DNA of 64,000 bases from a virus (Duplodnaviria; Caudoviricetes): the IMG/VR virus record IMGVR_UViG_3300044708_000078, positions 7,950 to 71,949 of that record; one strand, given 5' to 3'. The translations under genes were made by a program, and so were the position numbers. The notes below the pieces were generated by a model. It worked only from the letters and a program-made list of their open reading frames with translations. It searched no databases and was not told where the DNA came from. Below, piece after piece: positions 48,950-57,409 of the stretch (positions within the stretch are counted from its first letter, which is position 1; each line of letters begins with the position of its first letter).

Positions 48950-49918
48950 CTATGCTCCTTTGGTGTTAGCTTTAGTTTCAGCGTTGTTAGTGGTCTTGCT
49001 CTCAGATTGCGACTGAGCAGCGTTTCGAGAATCTTCAATCTTCTTTAATAGCGTTTTGTAGAATGATCCACCTGTCAGGTTCAGTGTCCCTAGCCCGTAG
49101 CGATTTTTGGCTTTCACGACAGTGTCGAGAGACTGTGAGCGTGTCATACGACAGTAGGCGTAATACTGCAAGACCTCCTTACCGTCTCTCTCTGCGAGCT
49201 TGTGTTCCAAGTAGATCGTCGCGCTTGGTAGGCCATCGATTCGCTGCCTGAACCCACCAACTACTTGTGCACTCAGGTCGCTATCCAAGTTGACCAGTCT
49301 CTTGCTCTGTGCCGCCAGCTCAGCGTTCCTGTTCTGCTGCATACCCTTGATCGTGTTATCCGATTCGCGCTGAACATGACACGTAATCACGACATTCAGA
49401 TCGTGCCTCGTTGCGAGCGGGAGTAGGTTTTGTAGGACAAGATGATCCAGGTAACTACCCAGTGCATCGTACCACGCACGCTGATCCGACTCCTTTCGAT
49501 TCATCTCCTCCTTCATAGTCGGGTCCACACCCTTGGCCTCACATATCTGTGTCCACTTAAGCTGGGCGAGATATGTAAAACCATCAATCACCACCGTCTT
49601 GATCTTTTTCTCGCCGCGTGGTCCAAGTTTCTTAGCAAGTGCAATGGCCGAGTAGATCCCTTCCTCGCTCGCCTCCTCTGAATACTGGAACACTTTCTGG
49701 AGAGGGATACCATTCAAGGGGACGTGCCACCTGAGATTATCGAGCAGTTTGACATTCTCCGGCTCCTTCAGTACATCGAGGCCGGTTGGGTCAAAGGTCA
49801 CTGCCAGTACGTCAGGAAAGCCAAGAGCAAGGCGCGTCTTACCACTGCCTGCGGGGCCGTTAATCCAGGCGGTGATTCCTGTGGGTGATAGAAACTGTTC
49901 ACGGTTGATTTCAGGCAC
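48950..49918 (-). CDS. AAA_24/Sak4-like P-loop ATPase (recombination)
   Basis: INGPAGSGKTRLAL; TVVIDGFT; NVVITCHVQ. Confidence 0.8.
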   Translation of the reverse strand: MPEINREQFLSPTGITAWINGPAGSGKTRLALGFPDVLAVTFDPTGLDVLKEPENVKLLDNLRWHVPLNGIPLQKVFQYSEEASEEGIYSAIALAKKLGPRGEKKIKTVVIDGFTYLAQLKWTQICEAKGVDPTMKEEMNRKESDQRAWYDALGSYLDHLVLQNLLPLATRHDLNVVITCHVQRESDNTIKGMQQNRNAELAAQSKRLVNLDSDLSAQVVGGFRQRIDGLPSATIYLEHKLAERDGKEVLQYYAYCRMTRSQSLDTVVKAKNRYGLGTLNLTGGSFYKTLLKKIEDSRNAAQSQSESKTTNNAETKANTKGA

Positions 49919-50213
49919 TCTTGTTCTCCTTCAGGTGACTATCAGACTCGGCTCCAACCTTACGCTCGATCCACATAGATAACTTCGCACCACTGAGACT
50001 GCCAGATACCGTTCCCAGTGTGTAGGGTACAAAGAGGGTAAAGCTCATCTCTGCGAGTAGTAGCTGTCGAAACGTCAAGAACCAAACGCCATTGCTGAAC
50101 ACCGAGGCAATCATGTGATAGGTAAAACTGCTGCGGTTACGAGAACGCGAGACGATAGTGAATGACACGTTCTGAGCAAATGCGAGTAATAAGATGACGA
50201 GCACGGCCCTCAT
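49911..50213 (-). CDS. Small multi-pass membrane protein
   Basis: Three hydrophobic segments; AQNVSFTIVSRSRN. Confidence 0.65.
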   Translation of the reverse strand: MRAVLVILLLAFAQNVSFTIVSRSRNRSSFTYHMIASVFSNGVWFLTFRQLLLAEMSFTLFVPYTLGTVSGSLSGAKLSMWIERKVGAESDSHLKENKSA

Positions 50214-51232
50214 GCCTCAGCCTCCTCAATCTCCTCACTCATGTCAATCTCAAAGTCCTCGCGCACTGGACGTGTCGGATCGTGCTCGCCCTCGTGTCCC
50301 GGCTTCAGCCAGCAGCGTTCCCCATTACTCGCAATCCTCGTACACCGTTGCTGGTAGTGGGCCTCGATCAGTTGCGCATCCCTCGGCCACTGATAGCCGC
50401 TGGAACAGATTTGATGATAGGGACAGATGATTGGGCCACGCTTGCAATACTGAGTGTTATAGGCCCAATGACCACTTGCCCGGTCCTGCTCGATCTTGCG
50501 TACCCAGGAGGAGAAATTATCGCGCTCCATCTGGATCGCATCAGCATTAGGGTTAAAGCACATGCGCTTAAACTCACGCCAGTCACCGGCGGGGAGCTGA
50601 ACACCTTTGTCCGGTCCCTTGCGCGGGGTATACGCCTTAGTGCGATGCCTGAAACTCGCGGCATTCACGTAGAACCCACCGCACTCCCCGTACTTTTGTT
50701 GCAAGTGATCCACGTACTGGCGAATCTGGGAATGCGGGTCAAACTGTAGCCAAAAGTCAGAGTCCAAATATTTGCCACTGGTTTTGTTATCGACTCCGTA
50801 TATCATCCCGTCCCTTGTATCTCGCACCACAAGATCCAGTACTACCGTGCGCGAGTCTCCGTCATCTGTTTCATGATTATCACGCGACTGAATGCTGACT
50901 ACGCGCCAGTACTCGTCCTCTACCCGCCAGTGCTCAGCATACTGTTCAATACCGTCTATGCCGCTCTGAAATGATTTCCCTTGTGACCACGAAGGCAATA
51001 TGGCTGGGTAGTCACCTTCAGGGTAAACGGCAGCAAAAGCGTCTTGTACCTTACCGATATCATACCCCTCGCCGTAGTACGTGTTCATGGCAGCGTCCCA
51101 CGCCTTACCAAAACGCAGGTCGTGCTCGCTTTCGTGAAACTGGACCAGCGCGTCCTCGTAGCGAAACTTGAATAGCGTGGGACAGGATGCGTAGGTGCTA
51201 ATTTGAGAGTATGAATAGCGATGATCTGACAT
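50210..51232 (-). CDS. PD-(D/E)XK (Cas4-like) exonuclease
   Basis: YSYSQISTYASCP; VLDLV...VDNKTS; QIRQY; CKRGPIICPYHQIC. Confidence 0.8.
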   Translation of the reverse strand: MSDHRYSYSQISTYASCPTLFKFRYEDALVQFHESEHDLRFGKAWDAAMNTYYGEGYDIGKVQDAFAAVYPEGDYPAILPSWSQGKSFQSGIDGIEQYAEHWRVEDEYWRVVSIQSRDNHETDDGDSRTVVLDLVVRDTRDGMIYGVDNKTSGKYLDSDFWLQFDPHSQIRQYVDHLQQKYGECGGFYVNAASFRHRTKAYTPRKGPDKGVQLPAGDWREFKRMCFNPNADAIQMERDNFSSWVRKIEQDRASGHWAYNTQYCKRGPIICPYHQICSSGYQWPRDAQLIEAHYQQRCTRIASNGERCWLKPGHEGEHDPTRPVREDFEIDMSEEIEEAEA

Positions 51233-51294
51233 TGGTTCGGGTTCTCTCTCTCAGGCGGCAACGTGCGGCCTGTGTTCTACTACCCTGATTGATC

Positions 51295-51402
51295 CTACTT
51301 GCGATCCCAAGAACGGGACCAGCAGGCCGGACATTTAGCTGGCTTCTCCGGTTGTCGCGGCCACCATGAATGCTTACATTTCTTACAGGTCAATTTCTTC
51401 AT
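51295..51402 (-). CDS. 35-aa Zn-ribbon microprotein MKKLTCKKCKHSWWPRQPEKPAKCPACWSRSWDRK
   Basis: CxxC-x14-CxxC; starts 8 nt after a strong -10 box; not in the track. Confidence 0.75.
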   Translation of the reverse strand: MKKLTCKKCKHSWWPRQPEKPAKCPACWSRSWDRK

Positions 51403-51410
51403 GGGCCAGC

Positions 51411-51439
51411 AAGATAACATGGCTCCATGATGGTGTCAA
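51411..51439 (-). promoter_or_regulatory. Strong sigma70 promoter
   Basis: TTGACA (51439-51434), 17 nt spacer, TG-t-TATCTT (51416-51411). Confidence 0.8.
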
Positions 51440-51747
51440 CGGTTATCTTCACAACTGCCAAACTCAGCCGCGATGATGGCGATCAGCGCCTGTCGATTGA
51501 AGTCCATAGCAATCTCGGTCGGCAAACGGTTGATAATCCTGTCCGCTGCTCGTTGGGCTTTCTCTGTAATAGATGAAGGAGGATCGACGCGGGCGTATTC
51601 GACACGGGTTCCGATCCATTCGCAGCCGCAGTAGGGACATGCATTCAGCCCTGCGACCATCGCGCCGCACTGACCACATGGGCCAGCAGTGATTCTCTCC
51701 GGTGCTTCCACTACAGATGGTTGAGATACAGGGGCGTTAGTGGTCAT
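51436..51747 (-). CDS. Zn-ribbon-containing hypothetical protein
   Basis: CGQC...CPYC. Confidence 0.55.
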   Translation of the reverse strand: MTTNAPVSQPSVVEAPERITAGPCGQCGAMVAGLNACPYCGCEWIGTRVEYARVDPPSSITEKAQRAADRIINRLPTEIAMDFNRQALIAIIAAEFGSCEDNR

Positions 51748-51750
51748 AGC

Positions 51751-51918
51751 TCAAGCCTCCACGAACTTTCTCACCATCGCTTCTACATGGTGGTCGTTCT
51801 TCTTATCCTCCGCGTACTGCCGCGCTGCCGTCTCGCTCTTGAACACGACTTCCTTCCACGGGTCTAGCGAGTAGCGTCTATAAGTTACGATCCAGCGTTC
51901 ACTCTTTTGCTCGTTCAT
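51751..51918 (-). CDS. 55-aa hypothetical protein
   Basis: GGAG RBS; MNEQKSERWIVTYRRY...; not in the track. Confidence 0.55.
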   Translation of the reverse strand: MNEQKSERWIVTYRRYSLDPWKEVVFKSETAARQYAEDKKNDHHVEAMVRKFVEA

Positions 51919-51933
51919 TTGTGTCTCCGTCGT

Positions 51934-52431
51934 TCAGCGTTCGCCCTTTAGTAATCGTTCAAATGCTTCTACGTTTCCCATTGCATCATTCACTGGATTG
52001 TGATCGTGCGGCGTTTCACGAAACCGTTTCCATTGCTGCGTCTTGTAAAAGTCGCCGCAGAGACCGGCGTAGAAGTCTGAGATTCGCCGTCCGCTGTACC
52101 CGAACGGATTCCGACCTATCGCCATCCAAAAGCCGTGATTGATCCACTGAAAATCGTACGCCAGATTGTCGCTAACGAGGATTGCGCGGTCACCAAACTG
52201 TTGGAGCCACACTTCAAACGCAAGCCATACTTCGCGCCGCTCGTGGTCATCCTTTTGGATCGCGTTCGGATCGCGTCGGCTTATTGCTGGATTCTCAGCG
52301 TCAGGGCGCGAGTACCAAAGTACACCATGAAAAGTTTTGCGACTCTTGTACTCAACCGCTCCGAACTCGGTGAGAACGCCCATCTCAGGACATGGCCCAT
52401 CGGCCTCACAGTCAACGAATATCAACGCCAT
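51934..52431 (-). CDS. DEDDh 3'-5' exo(ribo)nuclease
   Basis: IFVDCEADG; LAYDFQWI; PHDHNPVNDAMGN. Confidence 0.8.
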   Translation of the reverse strand: MALIFVDCEADGPCPEMGVLTEFGAVEYKSRKTFHGVLWYSRPDAENPAISRRDPNAIQKDDHERREVWLAFEVWLQQFGDRAILVSDNLAYDFQWINHGFWMAIGRNPFGYSGRRISDFYAGLCGDFYKTQQWKRFRETPHDHNPVNDAMGNVEAFERLLKGER

Positions 52432-52770
52432 TACTTCACCTTATTCCCTTTCTGCGTGGAGGTCAGATCAACGCCCGATTCGGTAAGAGTACGCTCGACA
52501 GCCTCACGCGCCCACGTCTTCATTAGTGATGCGCTGCCACGGGCCAGTGTTGGATTAAGGTTGTCGATTGCGTCTAGTATCTTCTCAGCCAGCTCGCGTC
52601 TCGCGGCGGCGACTTGTTGCTTAACCGTTTCGGTCGTGATCATCAAGAACCCGTTGACCTTACTTTTCGGATCGCAGATTGCCATCTTTCTCCCTCTTTC
52701 TTATCAAGCAGTGATTGCAACTCCTCAATCACCCTACTTCGCTAGCCGCCATCGCGGCTCGCCCTCTCCT

Positions 52771-54485
52771 GCGCCACTGGCCGCGAGTTCTCGAAAGATT
52801 TCATCAACGCTGTCCATGTAGACCGCGTAAAGATTGATACCCTGCTTCTTGTCGTAGGCAATCAGGCGCGCCCGTGAAGCGAACTCGTTGTAGAGCTTCG
52901 TGAGATCGCGCGCTGGTGCGCCAGTGGCCGCAAACTCAACGCCTGCTTGAAACGCTCGTCGCAACTGTTGAGGGTTGCCATAGTCTTCTCGATTAAGCCA
53001 GTCTTTGAATCGACCCTCTGCGTCGGTAAACCTATGTGCGCCAGTGGCCGCAAAGACGCACTTGCAGCCACAGTAGATTGGCATCGGCTCAGACCAAACT
53101 TGCTCCTCGGTTTCGCGACACGTATCGACAACCTCTTTGCATAGCCCGTCGCCGCCCGGAGTTTTGTGCCCGCAAGCAACACAACTCGCACGGGCGTTGC
53201 CCAGAGCCTGCGCGATGGCTTGCTGAAGCGCTCTGTCTATCCGGTCAGTGATCGCTTCATCCGACACCGGCGCATGCTTGGAGTCGGACTTAATCTTCGC
53301 GACTATCTGCTCCGCTATTTCCCTGGTACTCATTTCTCCTGCTCCTGTCGTAGATGTGGGTCTATTAACGTGGCATCAAGTTGGGCCACAAGCGCTTGGT
53401 TTTCCGTCGGCGTACCTTTTTTGAGATAGTCACGTGCCGCTCGCGCCGCCAAGTAAAGAGGTTTGTAGTTAGCTAAGCGGGCAGCATCAAGCCTACGCTG
53501 CGCTCTACGCTCCCTCAGTCGTCGTTGTTGCTTATCGCCGTAACAACACATCAGCCCTGCTCCTGTTCAGATGTTGGTTGTAGTGCGGCGCGAACGACCG
53601 TTAACGCTTCGGACTCAACCACGCGTCCAGTTCCGCGACTTGCAGGTAAAGCCATGCCGAGAACTTATTTCGCGGTCGCCAATGTTTCACTATCCACCAA
53701 AGCATTGTCAGCCTCCTTGTATAACGCTTTGCGGATTCGAAAGGCGTCTTGGTCGTGGAGTCCGCTATGGAAATCCCCCGCGATCTGTGCGGCCTCGTTG
53801 AATGTGTCATGGCGAGCAGTCTTAAGTTCGTTTTGCAACCGCTCAATCTCGGCTCTTAGTCGTTGTTCAGTATCAGAAGGAGCGCGGGCAAGCCGCAGTT
53901 CGTGTTCGACTACCTGGAAGATTTTTAGCAGTGCGGCGTCTTCAACTTCACCGTCAGGCAGCAACAGGGAAATGTGATATTGCCAATCAGGTTGCGCTCC
54001 GGCGGGGCGTACCGAGTTGATTACCGCCGCTCGTGCGATTACCACGGACAGGTGATCGCAAGCATCCTCGTAGCCACTCACGTACACGCAATCGTGGCCT
54101 TTTGCAGCCTCTGGCGCTTGCTTGAACTCGTTACGGGCCATCTCAGCCGCGCGTAGCATTCCGCCTCTGAAACCGTCGTAATCTCTAGTCATTGAATTGA
54201 CCTCCTGACTGCTTAATCGCTCGCGCATCGCGGAACCGGAAAACGGTTTCAGTTCCCGCGTCTCCTGAGTAGTAGTAGATGGTTCAGTCATGATCGTTTC
54301 CTTATGTCTAACCCGCCACTATCAACATGCTCTTTCATTGCGGGCGGAAGTTTGTCGTAATCCGCTCCGGTCGGTTTGTACCACTCCCATGCGGGCGGTG
54401 GGATATGCGGCGGGCGCGGGCCTTTGGGATACATCGCAGACGTGGCCCAACCATCGCAATCGCCTTCGCGCGCGCCAGTGGCCGC
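52771..54485. repeat. Dispersed GCGCCAGTGGCCGC repeat (4 copies; encodes AA[TS]GA on the - strand)
   Basis: 52771-52784 (1 mismatch), 52918-52931, 53038-53051 and 54472-54485; the middle two share 19 identical bp. Confidence 0.85.
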
Positions 54486-55483
54486 GACAGGGCGACTTAC
54501 GGTTCCGCACCTCCAACATTTAAGGGATGGTTCGTCTGCGCCGCAAGATGGGCAGAGCCATGGCTCTCCGCACCGCTCGCTGGTAGTGGGTTGCTGGAGT
54601 AGGGAGAGTAAATAACGTACGTCCTCAGATATTTCATGTGCGTAACTGTGCTTGGCCCATTCTGTGTCTAGTCGCGCCGTGATCTCAGCTAGCCGCTTGT
54701 CCGGTACTTGTGGTTGCTGGAGTAGATCGGCGCGGACGTATTCAACACCTCGAGCCGAAGGCTTTTCCACGAACAGAGTGGCATCGTAATCGGCTCGTGC
54801 AGAGTGTTCCAAGATCCAAATCCGCTCCGGTGCTAGCCGTTTCTTATCAGGTAGTTGAGATTGATTCTCAATGGTCACGATAGCTACTCCTTTAACTTCT
54901 TATCGTAGTCAGGCATTATTGCCCGTCGCCGTCTCAAGACTTCTTGGCGTCCACTTTCGATCTGCCCTTGACAACCATGCAACCAACCTCTCCGTAACAG
55001 GCGCATGGCCGGATTCCTGCTCCTGTTCAGCCTCAGCCTATGCGGCGGCCTGCCTCAGTCGCTGCCCATTTCTGCTCAAAAGAAACGTCAGCGATTCGTG
55101 GTATTTCTCGGCAAAGAACACCGGCCCAAGAAGCGGGAAGCCCTTCTCCGCTAATAGATTTTGACAAGTACGACAGAACGGTGCGCCGCGCTGTTTTAGC
55201 CCATCGCATCCAGCACACACGATTGATGTCAGCTCACGCTCTGCGTTTCTTCGCTGTCGTTCGTTAATCGTTGTCTTCATTGTTCATCTTCTCCTGTTCA
55301 GCCTTTGGTTGTAGAGCGGCGCGAGTCTTCATTGATGCGGACAATGATTTATGCAGCGCCCGCAGATGCGACACGGATCGTCAATCTGGGTTTTTGTCTC
55401 ATCTGTGTACGGCCCGCACTCCGCGCAATTCAGCGCTCCGCAACAGCGGCACGGTTTTAGTTCCCGCGTCTCCTGAGTAGTAG
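54243..55483. repeat. 33-bp direct repeat at the 5' ends of two genes
   Basis: ACGGTTTYAGTTCCCGCGTCTCCTGAGTAGTAG at 54243-54275 and 55451-55483 (1 mismatch); encodes TTQETRELKP. Confidence 0.9.
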
Positions 55484-55850
55484 ATTCGTTTTGTTGAGTC
55501 ATTGGGGTTGATCCTTCAAATGATCGTAACAATAGCGATCCGATGTGTGGTGACACGAATACAAACACCCACTCACCGCGCATAGTCTATACGGCCCACA
55601 ATCGCAGCGATCAGTGACATTTATTTCCCTTCTCCAGTAGAAATACCCTCCCGCCACTTCTTTACTTGGGCCAAACAGTCGCTTAGTGCTGGGCCATGTG
55701 CTCGAAAATCCAGATGTTGAATCCCCACTTCATAACGATAGGCGACGCACCCCGGCGCAACGCAGGCAATCACCTTAATTTCTACGTGTCGCTGAAATAG
55801 CTCCCGCAGTTCAGCAAGCGCCGATTCAACTGTGTATTCGTCAGCCATAG

Positions 55851-56057
55851 TTACCGCCTCCCTTTAATCCTGTCAGCCCGCTCCAGACAAAGCGCGACGG
55901 AACGCGGCGATTTGTAGCCTAAGAACTTCATGATCTCTCGAATCGAATAGCCCGCGTCCCGCAAGAGGCCCGACATGATCGCGTTGTCAATAGCTTTGGG
56001 GACGCGCTTACGCGAATCAGGAATCTCGCCGCTTCCTTTACATATTGGGCACTTCAT
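55851..56057 (-). CDS. Zn-motif + HTH regulator-like protein
   Basis: MKCPICKGSG followed by GYSIREIMKFLGYKSPRSV (HTH-like). Confidence 0.6.
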   Translation of the reverse strand: MKCPICKGSGEIPDSRKRVPKAIDNAIMSGLLRDAGYSIREIMKFLGYKSPRSVALCLERADRIKGRR

Positions 56058-57115
56058 TCTTCCGTCGCCTCAAACGTTCCTCGGCAGTTTAGAGAACTAA
56101 TGCAGTTAGGCCGCCAAGTATGACGATACCGATCACAATAGTGAGAAGGTTAGTTTTCATAGCTCACCACCACAACGAGCACAGAGTGCTGATATTGAAT
56201 GGTTGCAGACGTAACAGTTAGACATTACGGCTTCCCTTCTTTACTCATCACTCAAGGATCAGATCAATTATTTGTGGCCGTAGCGCCTCAATATCGCCAG
56301 CAACCTGCGTACATTCGCGCTCCTCTGGCTTTGGGCCGAGGCGAATTACCACCTTGTTAATGAGGTCGATTACTTGCTGGGCCAACTCTTCGGCGGCCTC
56401 TTGCGCTTCACGTTCGCGTGCTAATCGCTGAGATCGCCGTTGCTCTACTTCGTAAGGCGTGTTACCCATCATTATTTCTCCCGAGTAGCTAGAGCAGTGT
56501 CGATCGCGTCCATCAATTCGGGCGGTTGATAGCCCGCGCTGATGTACATCCTTGCGGACTTCAACGCTTCAACTAACTTTGGCACTGAAGCAGCAAGAGT
56601 GTGATCAGAAACGATCCGAGCAGCCTTTCGCTGTCGCTCTGCGCGCGTGTCACCTGTGACCGTCGCGATTGTGTCGTTCTCCGCTTCTACAATTCTAATC
56701 ACCGCACCGTCGCGGTTAACCACGCGCCACTCTCCCTCAGCGCCCGGCGCGGGTTGCGGGGACAGTGCTCGTTGCGTGGTATTCGTCTCTAGTGCCTCAA
56801 ATTGTTTCTGGCTTTGTTCATCTGTGCGAATCGGCTTGTAGTCGCGTCGGTCTGGAATATAAGTCATCGTTAAAACTCCTTCACTTGGTTATTACCAGTG
56901 ATGGACTGTGACTCGCAGTAGTCAACTCTCCCGCTTATTACGTCTCCGGTAAACCCACTGGTTGCTACTGGTCCACAACCGGGTTTTGGTCTAAATCCCT
57001 CTGCTTGTTCAGCGTCTATAAACTTGTCCTGCGTTACTTCCCGCCATTCGGTCTGGTGATCTGCTTTCAAGTAGTAACGCTCTCTTGTCATGCTCATCTT
57101 CTTCTCCTTCACCAG

Positions 57116-57409
57116 CTACTGAACCCTCGCGTAACGCGGCGTAAAACAGTGCTCAAGTTGGCCCGTCTCGCGATTCAGGTGTCGCCGAATACCAAACACG
57201 TCATGCGCAAAGTCGAACGGCTCAGCCGCGAGCAACGCATCTAGCCGTAGCGGGCAACCGTTCGCATGAACCGCGATAATATCCATTGCCGCATCCGTTC
57301 GCGGATACTCGATCTGCGGCTTCACTGATAGGCCCATCGCGGATGCGCGATCAGCGATCTGTGTTATAAGTCGATGTTCATCTTTAGTGGTCGTGAAACT
57401 AATCATCAT
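57116..57409 (-). CDS. Conserved phage hypothetical protein
   Basis: MDIIAVHANGCPLRLDALLAAEPFDFAHDVFGIRRHLNRETGQLEHCFTPRY; recognised as a recurrent phage family from memory only. Confidence 0.7.
   Translation of the reverse strand: MMISFTTTKDEHRLITQIADRASAMGLSVKPQIEYPRTDAAMDIIAVHANGCPLRLDALLAAEPFDFAHDVFGIRRHLNRETGQLEHCFTPRYARVQ

Noticed and set aside
50210-51232. Cas4 as evidence of a CRISPR system
   Set aside because: No repeat-spacer array or other cas genes; the context (AAA, SSB-like, RusA) is a phage recombination module.
54900-55040. TAG read-through after RQAAA (AEAEQEQESGHAPV...)
   Set aside because: An alternative 40-aa ORF with its own GGAG RBS explains the interval equally well; ambiguous.
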